From: Nannocystis bainbridge | Lineage (GTDB): Bacteria > Myxococcota_A > Polyangia > Nannocystales > Nannocystaceae | Reading direction: 5' to 3' | Assembly (NCBI RefSeq): GCF_028368995.1 | Contig: NZ_JAQNDL010000001.1 | Coordinates: 2,176,001-2,240,000 of the forward strand | DNA length: 64,000 nucleotides | Shown here: piece after piece, positions 31,498-40,242 of the stretch | Layout: each line of letters opens with the position of its first letter | Position numbering within the stretch: position 1 is the first letter of the stretch | Notes under the pieces: generated by a model | Seen by the model: the letters and a program-made list of their open reading frames with translations, nothing else | Told to the model about the DNA's origin: nothing | The model's database searches: none | Translations under genes and position numbers: made by a program

Positions 31498-31931
31498 CCG
31501 CCATGTCCCTTGGGACCGGTCTGATTGGACTCGTCACGCAGCCGGATCGCCTGCAGCCGGTCCGGCGTGGCCGGCACCATCTGCATGCGCCCGGCCGCCA
31601 CGTCCTCGATGTAGTCCGGGTGGCGCAGGTAGGCCCGCTCGGCCTCGAGCCGACGCTTCTCGTCGAGCAGGCGCCCGTGCTCGGCCGTCAGCTCGGCGAT
31701 GTCGGCCCCGAGCTCGAGCACCCGCGCCCGCGTCCGCACCTGGACCACGCCGGCCGCGGTCATTAGCCCGAGCGCCAGCATCAACACCAGCGGCAGCCCG
31801 GTCGGCCGGCGCGGCGGCGGCGGCGGCAGGCCGTCGTCGGCGCGCTGGAAGCCGTGCTCGAAGTTCGCCGGGGTCGCGCCGCGCCGCCCGTTGCGGCCGC
31901 GCGCGGGCGCGGTGGTGGGCGGCGGCGTCAT
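31494..31931 (-). CDS. ftsL: Cell division protein FtsL
   Basis: One TM helix plus leucine-zipper coiled coil; lies between rsmH and ftsI with ATGA overlaps. Confidence 0.8.
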   Translation of the reverse strand: MTPPPTTAPARGRNGRRGATPANFEHGFQRADDGLPPPPPRRPTGLPLVLMLALGLMTAAGVVQVRTRARVLELGADIAELTAEHGRLLDEKRRLEAERAYLRHPDYIEDVAAGRMQMVPATPDRLQAIRLRDESNQTGPKGHGG

Positions 31932-32899
31932 GGCAGCGCGCGCTCCACGACGCGCAGCCGGCTGCTGCGGCTGCGCGGGTTGGCGGCCACCTCGGCGTCG
32001 CCGGGCGCGGCGCCCTGGCGGTAGCCGGCGGGCACGACGAAGCGGGGCTGCGGCAGGTCGCGGGCGGCGATCGGCAAGCCGGGCGGCGGCTGCTCGGCGC
32101 GGGTCAGGGCGGAGAACCGCTGCTTGGTCGCGCGGTCCTCGAGCGAGTGGAACGTGATGATGCCGAGGCGACCGCCGACCTGCAGCCGCTCGGGGGCCGC
32201 GCTCAGCAGCGCATCGAGCTCGCCGAGCTCGTCGTTGACGCGGATCCGCAGCGCCTGGAAGGTGCGCGTGGCGGGGTGGATCCGCAGCCCCAGCTTGCGC
32301 CGCTGCGGCGCGCTCATGGCCGCGGCCACGACCTTCGCCAGCACGCCGGTGGTGGTCGGCCGCACCGCCACGATCGCGGTGGCGATCCGCGAGGCGTCGG
32401 TCTCCTCGCCGTAGTCGCGCAAGATCCGGGTCAGCTCCCCCACGCTGATGTCGGCCAGCAGCTGCGAGGCCGACATGCCGCGGCTCGGGTCCATCCGCAT
32501 GTCGAGCGGGGCGTCGGCCTGGAACGAGAAGCCGCGCGCGCCCGTGTCGAGCTGGTGTGAGGACACTCCGAGGTCGGCGAGGATGGCCGTCGCTGCCGCC
32601 ACGCCGGCCGCTTCGAGCACCGCGGGCAAGTGACGGAAGCTCGAGTGCACGAGCTCGACGTCGGCGGGGACCTTCTGGCGCGCCTCGGCCAGCGCCTCCT
32701 CGTCGCGGTCGAGGGCGATGGCCCGCAGCTTGGGCCCGTCCGGTCGCGCCGCGGCGTAGGCGGCCAGGACGGCGAGCGTGTGCCCGGCCCCGCCGCAGGT
32801 CGCGTCGACGAACACCGGCGCCTCGGCGCGCACGAGCGCCGGCGTCAGCGCCTCGCAGACCTCGCGGACCAGAACCGGCCTGTGAAATTCGGAGGACAT
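31928..32899 (-). CDS. rsmH: 16S rRNA m4C1402 methyltransferase
   Basis: HRPVL, DATCGGAGH, DLGVSSHQLD, PLDMRMD, ITFHSLEDR, NPRSRS. Confidence 0.97.
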   Translation of the reverse strand: MSSEFHRPVLVREVCEALTPALVRAEAPVFVDATCGGAGHTLAVLAAYAAARPDGPKLRAIALDRDEEALAEARQKVPADVELVHSSFRHLPAVLEAAGVAAATAILADLGVSSHQLDTGARGFSFQADAPLDMRMDPSRGMSASQLLADISVGELTRILRDYGEETDASRIATAIVAVRPTTTGVLAKVVAAAMSAPQRRKLGLRIHPATRTFQALRIRVNDELGELDALLSAAPERLQVGGRLGIITFHSLEDRATKQRFSALTRAEQPPPGLPIAARDLPQPRFVVPAGYRQGAAPGDAEVAANPRSRSSRLRVVERALP

Positions 32900-33068
32900 C
32901 GCGGGCGCGCCAGGGGGGTGTGACAGCGCCGGCCGGCCCGGTCAAAAAACCGGACCGGCCGGCGCCGGGGAGGTGCCCGCGCGGGGCGCCCGCGCCGGAC
33001 TCGGCCGTGGACGGAGGGCGTCTACGTCGAAAATTAGCCGGCAAAAACGGCACTTTGGACGCTTTTCA

Positions 33069-33098
33069 TTGACCCCCCGGGGCCAAAATTTGTAGGTT
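33069..33098 (+). promoter_or_regulatory. Possible sigma70-type promoter for the fic-ribA genes
   Basis: TTGACC-N18-TAGGTT in an AT-rich patch of the divergent intergenic region. Confidence 0.3.
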
Positions 33099-33141
33099 GC
33101 GCTGCCTTATTTCGAGGGAGCCCGCCGTGCTTTCGACGCGG

Positions 33142-33891
33142 ATGAAGAATTATCGCCAGCTCTTCGAGTCCTCGGAGCTCCTCTGGGAAAAGCTCGGGAT
33201 GCTCAATGCCGCGCAGCGTCGGAACTTCGACGAGCGCTTCATGATGTCGTGGATCTTCCACGACTTCGCCCTCGAGGGGCAGATGCTGTCGGTCGCGGAG
33301 ATCAAGGCCGCGATCGACGACGAGATCATCTCGACGCCGAGCTTGATCCCCGCGTATCTGCACGTCAAAGCGGTGCGCGACGGCATCTACATGCTGCTCG
33401 AGACCCGCGGACAGCGCCTGCAGCTGTCGCTCGAGTGGCTGAAGAAGCTGCACCAGACGCTGCTGCCGCAGGGCAAGAAGGATCAGGTCCAGTACCGCAA
33501 GGACAACCCGATCCACCGCATGTACTTCCACGACCTCGCGCCGGCCGACAAGATCAGCTACCGCATGCGCAAGCTGACCGACTGGTTCCGGACGGAGGAG
33601 TGCCGCAAGGCCCACCCGATCGAGCTGGCGGTCGAGGTCCACCGCGAGCTGATCCGGATCTTCCCCTGGCCGGACATCAGCGGGCGCGTCGCGCGCTTGG
33701 CGATGAACGCGATCCTGATCGCCGAGAACTACTGGCCGTGCATCCTGCACCACAACGAGCGCCAGACGTACTACGACGTGCTTCGGCTCGATCAGGACCA
33801 GCTGCTGCAGTTGGTGCTCGACAGCATGGACGAGGGGATCCGCTCGTCGAGCAAGCTCTACCAGAGCATTGTTGATTCGTCGCGCGCGTGA
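33142..33891 (+). CDS. Fic/Doc-fold protein with a degenerate active-site motif
   Basis: SWIFHDFALEG, WLKKLHQTL, YRK, HPIELA, IFPWPDISGRVAR in place of HPFxDGNGRxxR. Confidence 0.8.
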   Translation: MKNYRQLFESSELLWEKLGMLNAAQRRNFDERFMMSWIFHDFALEGQMLSVAEIKAAIDDEIISTPSLIPAYLHVKAVRDGIYMLLETRGQRLQLSLEWLKKLHQTLLPQGKKDQVQYRKDNPIHRMYFHDLAPADKISYRMRKLTDWFRTEECRKAHPIELAVEVHRELIRIFPWPDISGRVARLAMNAILIAENYWPCILHHNERQTYYDVLRLDQDQLLQLVLDSMDEGIRSSSKLYQSIVDSSRA

Positions 33892-34541
33892 CAGACCTTA
33901 GGCACCGCATGCCCGTGCCGAACAACCTCCAGGCCCGGCCGCTGCGCGCCGTCCGCGATGCGCAGGTGTTCGCCCGGGCGCGCCTGCCCTCGCGCCACGG
34001 CGAGTTCGAGATCGTGTCGTTCATCGACGACGTCGGCCGCACGCTCGACGACGTGGCGATCGTGCGCGGCGACGTCCGCGGCCGCGTCGAGGTGCCGACG
34101 CGGATCCACTCCGAGTGCCTGACAGGCGACGTGTTCGGCTCGTTCCGCTGCGACTGCCGCGACCAGCTCGAGCTGGCGCTGCAGCGGATCGCCGGCGGCG
34201 ACGCGGGCATCATCCTGTACCTCCGCCAGGAGGGCCGCGGGATCGGCATCGCCCAGAAGATCCGCGCCTACCACCTCCAGGAGCAAGGCCTCGACACCGT
34301 CGAGGCCAACCTCCACATGGGTTTCGATGATGACCTGCGCGACTACTCGGTCGCGGCGGCGATGCTGCGCGCGCTCGAGGTCGGCTCGGTCGTGCTGCAC
34401 ACCAACAACATGCGCAAGATCGCCGGCCTGCAGCAGGGCGGGGTCGCGGTGACCCGCCGCGAGCCGCTGATCGCCGAGGCCCGCGAGCACAACCGCCGCT
34501 ACCTGGCGACCAAGCGCGACAAGAGCGGTCACCTGCTCTGA
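33888..34541 (+). CDS. ribA: GTP cyclohydrolase II
   Basis: RIHSECLTGDVFGSFRCDC, YLRQEGRGIG, DTVEAN, YLATK..KSGH. Confidence 0.96.
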   Translation: MTDLRHRMPVPNNLQARPLRAVRDAQVFARARLPSRHGEFEIVSFIDDVGRTLDDVAIVRGDVRGRVEVPTRIHSECLTGDVFGSFRCDCRDQLELALQRIAGGDAGIILYLRQEGRGIGIAQKIRAYHLQEQGLDTVEANLHMGFDDDLRDYSVAAAMLRALEVGSVVLHTNNMRKIAGLQQGGVAVTRREPLIAEAREHNRRYLATKRDKSGHLL

Positions 34542-34617
34542 GGGACATGTCTGTTCGGGCATGGCCTCTGCGCCATGTCCGATCGGACATTTCCCCGCGG
34601 ACATGCCCCATCGAACA
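34534..34617. repeat. Phased array of the 14-bp palindrome (6 units) overlapping the ribA stop codon
   Basis: TGCTCTGAGGGACA|TGTCTGTTCGGGCA|TGGCCTCTGCGCCA|TGTCCGATCGGACA|TTTCCCCGCGGACA|TGCCCCATCGAACA. Confidence 0.9.
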
Positions 34618-34673
34618 TCCGGGACGCGCGGCGGCCGCTTGTGCGGCGCGGCCGCCGCGGATACCGTGGCTGC

Positions 34674-35093
34674 ATGACGGACGCTGCCATCTCCGACGCC
34701 GAGGCGATCGCCATCCTGGGCGACGCCTTCGTCGAGCCGATCGTCGTCGCCATCGCCGAGCCCGACGCGTGGTGGGGCCAGCCGGAGGTGACGCTGCGCT
34801 TCCGCGTAGAGCCGGTCGAGGACGCCGGCTGGGCCGACTTCAAGCGCGAGCTCGACACGCACGGCCTCGGCCGGACGCGGACCGGCCAGTGGATCGAGCT
34901 GGTGCCGCGCGGCACGACCGTCTCGCGCGCGCGCTACCAGGCGTTCGCGCTCGGCCTGCGCGACGCGATGCCGGCGATCTTCGTCCGCCTCGGGCCGCAC
35001 GACGAGGACCCGGCGCACGCCTTCCTGGTCGCGACCCTGCGCGACGCCTCGCTCGTCACGCGCGAGGAATTCGCCCGCGCCATGCGCGGCTGA
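34674..35093 (+). CDS. Hypothetical protein
   Basis: 139-aa ORF with host-like codon bias. Confidence 0.65.
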   Translation: MTDAAISDAEAIAILGDAFVEPIVVAIAEPDAWWGQPEVTLRFRVEPVEDAGWADFKRELDTHGLGRTRTGQWIELVPRGTTVSRARYQAFALGLRDAMPAIFVRLGPHDEDPAHAFLVATLRDASLVTREEFARAMRG

Positions 35094-35130
35094 CCCCGCG
35101 GCCAGCCGCGGCTTGTTCGTCGCCCGCGAC

Positions 35131-35337
35131 GCCTCGCGCGGTCGCCTGCGCCCTGCCTCGCACGGGCGCGCGAGCCCACGGCTGCCTCGCGCGGTCGCCT
35201 GCGCCTCCCCGGGCGCGCGAGGCCACGACTGCCCCGCGCGGTCGCCTGCGCCCTGGCTCGCGTGGGCGCGCGAGCCCACGGCTGCCTCGCGCGGTCGCCT
35301 GCGCCCTGCCTCGCCGGGCGAGCCCGCGGCTGCCTCG
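35131..35337. repeat. GC-rich tandem repeat, 4 copies of 47-53 bp
   Basis: GCCTCGCGCGGTCGCCTGCG-like unit starts at 35131, 35184, 35231 and 35284. Confidence 0.85.
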
Positions 35338-35678
35338 AGGCCCGCGACGAAGCGTCCGGCGAACCAAACAAGAAGCGGCGGAGCACGATGCTCCGCCGCG
35401 GGTCACCTCGGGCGCGATGCCGGTTCGAGTTGCGGGGGACGAGCCCCGTCAGGGGTTTCCGGCCGCGGTGGGCCGGGTGCCACGGGCGTGGCGCGCGGTC
35501 AGTCGCCGGGCTGACCAGTGGGTGACTTTCGGCGGCGCGGCGGCGCCGTCGCAGGGTCGGTCCGCGCGGGGCGAACCGGTGGAAGCGTGACTTTGCGGCC
35601 GCGATCACGCGACCGGGGGTGTCACTGCGTGCCCGCCCCGCAGAGCGGACACGGGAAGGGGCGGCTCGGCGAAGCGAG

Positions 35679-35805
35679 CCTCAGACCCCGGCAAAGGCTA
35701 GTGCGCACCTCCTGAAGAGCAGGACAGTCGAGGCGCAGCGCAAAGACGACACACACAACGATCTGCTTGGTTCATCAGCTACCTCCTTTTGCCGGTGGCC
35801 TGAGG
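35679..35805 (-). ncRNA. Candidate structured RNA whose terminal stem encloses a 25-aa ORF (35698..35775)
   Basis: 5' arm CCTCAGGCCACCGGCAAAAGG pairs with 3' arm CCTTTGCCGGGGTCTGAGG; AGGAGGT-N5-ATG; peptide MNQADRCVCRLCAAPRLSCSSGGAH. Confidence 0.45.
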
Positions 35806-35967
35806 GTGACGATCCAACCTTAGCAAGCTTGTGTGCGCCGGCAAAGAGTTGTGGCGGGCCACGCCCCTCTCGCGGCGGACCCGCGAGCAGAGGCCCGCGG
35901 AGCCGGCGCGGGAGCGGGTTTGACAGTGCGCCGCCCCGCGTGGCAAGAGCCAGGCGATGAGGTCCGC

Positions 35968-37299
35968 GTGGTAAGCTCCGAAGTGGTTCAGACCGGCCCC
36001 GATCACGCGCCGGTGTTCGCCGCTCCGGCGCGCTGGGGCCTGCGCGTGCACGCCGGCCGGCTCGCGGTCGAGGACGTGGCGCTCGCCGAGATCGCCGCGG
36101 CCGTGGGGACGCCGACGTACGTGTACGGCGCCGGCGAAATCGCCGCTCGCTTTCATGCCCTGGCCCGCGCGTGCCGCTCGCACCCGACGCTCATCGCCTA
36201 CGCGGTCAAGGCCAACAGCAGCCAGGCGGTCCTGGCTCACCTCGCGCAGCTCGGCGCCGGGGCCGACATCGTGTCCGGCGGCGAGCTGCGGCGGGCCCTC
36301 GTGGCCGGCGTGCCGGCCGACAAGATCGTGTTCTCCGGGGTCGGCAAGCTCGACGCGGAACTCGACGCGGCGATCGCCGCCGGCGTGCGCGCGATCAACA
36401 TCGAGTCGGTGGCAGAGCTCGACCGCGTGGCCGCCCGCGCCCGCGCCCTCGGCCGCGTGGCCGCCGTCGCCCTCCGCCTCAACCCCGACATCGACCCCGA
36501 CACCCACCCGTACCTGGCCACCGGCCTGCGCGAGAGCAAGTTCGGCATCGCCATGAGCGACGGCGCGGCCGTGGCGGCCCGCGCCCGCGCCCTGCCCGAG
36601 CTGCGGCTGGTCGGCCTGGCCTGCCACATCGGCTCGCAGATCCTCGACGCCGCGCCGTTCCTGGCCAGCTTCGAGCGCCTGTGCGGCCTCGTGCGCGCGC
36701 TGCAGGCGGACGGCGCGCCGCTGCGCCAGCTCGACCTCGGCGGCGGCATGGGCATCGCCTACGCGCCGACCGACCGCGAGCTCGACGTCGAGCGCCTCGG
36801 CGCCGCCCTCACCGCCGCGGTCGCGCCGCTCGGCCTCGAGCTGGTGCTGGAACCGGGCCGCTTCCTGGTCGGCACCGCCGGCGTGCTGCTCACGCAGGTG
36901 ATCGGGCGCAAGCGCAGCGGCGAGCGCGAGTTCGTGATCGTCGACGCGGCGATGAACGACCTGCTGCGCCCGGCCCTCTACGGCGCGTACCACCCGATCG
37001 TCCCGGTCGAGGTGGCCGCCGGCGAGCGGCCGACGCTGCGCGCCGACGTCGTCGGGCCGGTGTGCGAGTGCGGCGACTTTTTGGCGGAGAACCGCCTGAT
37101 CGCCGCGGCCGAGCCGGGCGAGCTGCTCGCGGTCCTCAGCGCCGGCGCCTACGGCATGGCCATGGCCTCGACCTACAACTCGCGCCCGCTGGCCGCCGAG
37201 GTGATGGTGCACGGGCGCGAGTTCGCGGTCACGCGCGCGCGCAAGACCGTCGACCAGCTGATCGCCGAGGAGCAGCTCCCGGCCTGGCTGGCGCGCTGA
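35968..37299 (+). CDS. lysA: Diaminopimelate decarboxylase
   Basis: YAVKANS, DIVSGGEL, SKFGI, CHIGSQI, DLGGG, EPGR, GPVCECGD, GAYG..MASTYN; start uncertain. Confidence 0.95.
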   Translation: MVSSEVVQTGPDHAPVFAAPARWGLRVHAGRLAVEDVALAEIAAAVGTPTYVYGAGEIAARFHALARACRSHPTLIAYAVKANSSQAVLAHLAQLGAGADIVSGGELRRALVAGVPADKIVFSGVGKLDAELDAAIAAGVRAINIESVAELDRVAARARALGRVAAVALRLNPDIDPDTHPYLATGLRESKFGIAMSDGAAVAARARALPELRLVGLACHIGSQILDAAPFLASFERLCGLVRALQADGAPLRQLDLGGGMGIAYAPTDRELDVERLGAALTAAVAPLGLELVLEPGRFLVGTAGVLLTQVIGRKRSGEREFVIVDAAMNDLLRPALYGAYHPIVPVEVAAGERPTLRADVVGPVCECGDFLAENRLIAAAEPGELLAVLSAGAYGMAMASTYNSRPLAAEVMVHGREFAVTRARKTVDQLIAEEQLPAWLAR

Positions 37300-37363
37300 C
37301 AGGCTGTTCTTCGGGCAGGTCGGCTGCGACGCGGCGGCTGCCTGCCCTTGCCGTGGGCTCGCC

Positions 37364-37787
37364 TGTCCCTTCGGCCAGACCGACGCCCGGAGAACCGGCG
37401 CTGCTCCAAGGACCTCTGCGGCGCCACGTCGCCCCCGGGTCAGCACCCGCATGGGAAGTTCGGCGCCGCTCCCTGGATCATCTCGCCGCACGCTCACCTG
37501 TCCTTTCGGGCAGCCCGTCACGCGAAGGTTGGGCGCTGACCTGACGGACATCTTCCGCGCGCCGCATTCGCCTGTCCTTTCGGGCAGCCCGCAAAGGCGC
37601 TGACCGGACGGACATTTCTCGCGCGCCGCGTTCGCCTGTCTCTTCGGGCAGCCCGCCCCGCGCGCAGGTTCGGCCCTGACCTGACGGACATCTTCCACGC
37701 GCAGCCCGCCTGTCCCTTCGGTCAGCCGCCGCGCGGACAGTCAGCGCTGACCGCCGGACCTTCTCGCCTCACATGTCTCTCGGGACA
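37364..37787. repeat. Imperfect tandem repeat (about 64-74 bp) downstream of lysA; most units carry two 14-bp palindrome variants
   Basis: TGTCCYTTCGGNCA-type units at 37364, 37499, 37573, 37637 and 37711; TGACCNGACGGACA at 37537, 37601 and 37677; TGTCTCTCGGGACA at 37774. Confidence 0.85.
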
Positions 37788-37995
37788 GCCGGCGGCTGAG
37801 CTCGCCACACCTTCCCTAACGTCAGCTTGCGGCCATGCGCGAGGTCCAGGGCCCCCTGCCACACAGGACATCACGGCGCGGGCGTGCGCGCCCGTGGGCG
37901 CCGCTGCGCGTCGGCGATCGCGGCCGCGTGCGCGACAACGGATTCTTGCGCCTCGTGGCCGGCGCTGGCTATCGTCCGCCGCGATCGACACGCTC

Positions 37996-38403
37996 ATGAA
38001 TTACTCGCGCGCCCACACCCTGTTCACCGACCTTCGTACGTTGATGTTCGCCCTCGTCCTCGCGCCGCTGGCGGCCGCGGGTTGCGGCGGCGGCGAGGGC
38101 AAGGACGACGCCGGCGACGGCCCCGAGATCGACTGCAGCACCGGGACGACGCCGAAGTTCTCGGAGATGACGGCCGTGTGGGGCAAGTGCACCACCTGTC
38201 ACGCCTCGACCCTGAGCGGGGCGAGCCGCGTGAACGCGCCCCCGGGCGTCGACTTCGACGTCTACGCCGCCGCCAAGACCCACGCCCAGACCGCCATGCA
38301 CGAGGTCTACGAGGGCGAGATGCCGCCCGCCGGCCTGCCCGCGCTGTCCACCGAGGAAGAGGATCAGCTGTTCCGCTGGGCCAGCTGCGGCACCCCCGAG
38401 TGA
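37996..38403 (+). CDS. Small monoheme c-type cytochrome lipoprotein
   Basis: AAGC lipobox; CTTCH heme motif; distal MPP. Confidence 0.75.
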   Translation: MNYSRAHTLFTDLRTLMFALVLAPLAAAGCGGGEGKDDAGDGPEIDCSTGTTPKFSEMTAVWGKCTTCHASTLSGASRVNAPPGVDFDVYAAAKTHAQTAMHEVYEGEMPPAGLPALSTEEEDQLFRWASCGTPE

Positions 38404-38405
38404 CG

Positions 38406-38503
38406 TGCCCGCAGGGACATGCCCCGAAGGGCATGTCCCTCTCGACATGTCATCGAGGACATGTCTATGAGGGCATGTCCTCGATGACATGTCCTCAGCG
38501 ACC
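38406..38503. repeat. Longest phased array of the 14-bp palindrome (7 units), filling a convergent intergenic gap
   Basis: TGCCCGCAGGGACA|TGCCCCGAAGGGCA|TGTCCCTCTCGACA|TGTCATCGAGGACA|TGTCTATGAGGGCA|TGTCCTCGATGACA|TGTCCTCAGCGACC. Confidence 0.95.
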
Positions 38504-38510
38504 GCTCGGG

Positions 38511-38849
38511 TCAGGCGGGCCCGGCGCTGAACTTGAGGCCGACGATGGCGACCACCAGCATCGTCAAGAACAGCAGCCGCAGCGGCGCCACCGGCTCGCC
38601 GAGCAGCATCATCCCGCCGATCGCGGCCCCGGCGGCGCCGATCCCGGTCCACACCGCGTAGGCGGTGCCGATCGGCAGCGTCTTGCTGGCCTGGGCCAGC
38701 AGGGCGAAGCTGGCCACCAGGGCGACCACGGTGACGAGCGTCGGCAGCGGCTTGTTACGAAAGTCGAAGCCGTCGCTCCACTTGAGGCCGAGGGCCCAGC
38801 CGACCTCGAGCAGACCGGCGACGAACAGATAGATCCACGCAGTGGACAT
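38511..38849 (-). CDS. sugE: SMR-family guanidinium exporter Gdx (SugE)
   Basis: AWIYLFVAGLLEVGWA, LPIGTAYAVWTGIG; four TM helices; riboswitch upstream. Confidence 0.93.
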   Translation of the reverse strand: MSTAWIYLFVAGLLEVGWALGLKWSDGFDFRNKPLPTLVTVVALVASFALLAQASKTLPIGTAYAVWTGIGAAGAAIGGMMLLGEPVAPLRLLFLTMLVVAIVGLKFSAGPA

Positions 38850-38868
38850 GATGGCGCGCTCCTTCCAC

Positions 38869-38909
38869 GCGTCGTCTTGTCCTCACCGGGTACGGCGCAC
38901 CTCGTCCGG
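38869..38909 (-). promoter_or_regulatory. Guanidine-III (ykkC-III) riboswitch
   Basis: Minus strand CCGGACGAGGTGCGCCGTACCCGGTGAGGACAAGACGACGC closely matches the ykkC-III aptamer and lies directly before the GGAAGGAG RBS of sugE. Confidence 0.9.
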
Positions 38910-39061
38910 GCCCGCGAAGCGGGCGAGCTTCGGGTCAGCTTAGCCGCTCCCCCGTGGCGGGCCCGGCGGGGACGCGTGAGCCAACTCCGGCCCCCGCCGT
39001 CCCACCTGTCCTTTTGCGCAGGTCTTTCGCGCCTGGCGGCCGGGCCGCGGCGCGTGGGCGA

Positions 39062-40102
39062 TCAGCCGGGCGGCACGAAGTTCTCGCAGGCCTGGTCGAT
39101 GACCGCGATCGCGTCGTGGAAGAACGGCTGGAACGAGTCGGCGCAGATCTGGCCGATGCTGCCGTAGGTGAACATCTCGGCGAACTCGACGATGCGGTAC
39201 GCGACCTCGGCCGCGCTGGCGCACTCCGGGTTCTCGGGGCCGATCAGCGCCAGCGTCACGATGTTGGTCTCGACCCCGCCCTTGAGCGCCACCAGCTCGT
39301 TGAACCAGTCGGGTGGGTCGCCGGAGGAGCCGTCCTCTTCCTCGTCGGTGATGACGACCAGGACCAGCAGCGCGTCCTCGCGGACGAAGCCCTCGTTGCA
39401 CTGGCCGGGCTGGCCCAGCTCGGGCCCCAGCGCGCGCAGGGCCGCCTGCAGCGGCTTCTCGTTGCTGTCGCCCGCCGTCCCGACCTGGGCCGCGCAGGCG
39501 AACTTGCTCGCCAGGTCGTCCTGCTCCGTCATGTAGCGCTGGCCGCTGACATACGGCCCGCACGTCGCCTTGCTCGAGTTGCTGCCGCTGGTGCGGGTGA
39601 TGAGCCCGCCGAGCACCCCGCACGGGCTCTCGTTGCCGTCGTACTTGTCGGTCGCGACCACCCCGATGTGCAGGCTCTCCGCGTCCTCGAGCTGCTGCTG
39701 GATCTCCTGCACGAAGCCCGGGAAGCTCGCCACCAGGTTGTCCTGCTCGTTCTTCATGCTCGCCGAATTGTCGACCACGAACAGCAGGTCGACCTTCAGG
39801 CACGCCTTGGGCGGCGGCGGCGGCCCGGCGTCGGGCGTCTCGCCGATGTCGAACTTCGGCCCGCTCGCGCCGCTCGGGTCGACCGCGCTCGTCGCCTCGT
39901 CCTCGGTCGCGCTCGCGCTCGTGCCGGCCGCCTCGCCGGTCGAAGTCGGCGCCGCGGTCGACGTCGCGTCCTCGCTGGTCTGCGGCAGCGTGCCGACCCC
40001 CGAGACGATCGCCGCGGTGGCCGAGGCGCGGCCGCCACCGTCGTCGGAGCAGGCAGACAGCGCGAGCGAGGCGAGCGTGACGAGGGCCGCGGCGCGGAGC
40101 AT
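39062..40102 (-). CDS. vWA-like domain lipoprotein (myxobacterial type)
   Basis: LSAC lipobox; Ser/Thr linker; VDLLFVVDNSASM MIDAS-like motif; VITDEE. Confidence 0.8.
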   Translation of the reverse strand: MLRAAALVTLASLALSACSDDGGGRASATAAIVSGVGTLPQTSEDATSTAAPTSTGEAAGTSASATEDEATSAVDPSGASGPKFDIGETPDAGPPPPPKACLKVDLLFVVDNSASMKNEQDNLVASFPGFVQEIQQQLEDAESLHIGVVATDKYDGNESPCGVLGGLITRTSGSNSSKATCGPYVSGQRYMTEQDDLASKFACAAQVGTAGDSNEKPLQAALRALGPELGQPGQCNEGFVREDALLVLVVITDEEEDGSSGDPPDWFNELVALKGGVETNIVTLALIGPENPECASAAEVAYRIVEFAEMFTYGSIGQICADSFQPFFHDAIAVIDQACENFVPPG

Positions 40103-40242
40103 GTCGCCACGGTACGTCGCGCCCGCGGCCTGCTCAAGCTGCGCCGCGCCGCGCGACCGACCTGCAGTTCTCGGGTCGGCGCCGATTCACGCCTTGCGGA
40201 CCGGCGGGCCGCCTCGCGCCCTGGGGGCCTGCAGGCCTCGCC

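Noticed and set aside
35431-35448. Guanidine-II (mini-ykkC) hairpin GGGGACGAGCCCC
   Set aside because: A single hairpin with a five-base loop, no partner hairpin and no guanidine-related gene downstream
35641-35830. Lysine riboswitch upstream of lysA, 6S RNA or retron msr-msd
   Set aside because: Only a superficial GGAAGGGG...GGCGAA resemblance with no AGAGGUGC start or P2/P3 architecture. The stem is too short for 6S and lacks its usual gene context, and no reverse transcriptase is nearby.
38406-38503. 14-bp arrays as a CRISPR array
   Set aside because: The period is only 14 bp with 4-bp variable centres, there are no spacer-length unique sequences, and no cas genes are in the window
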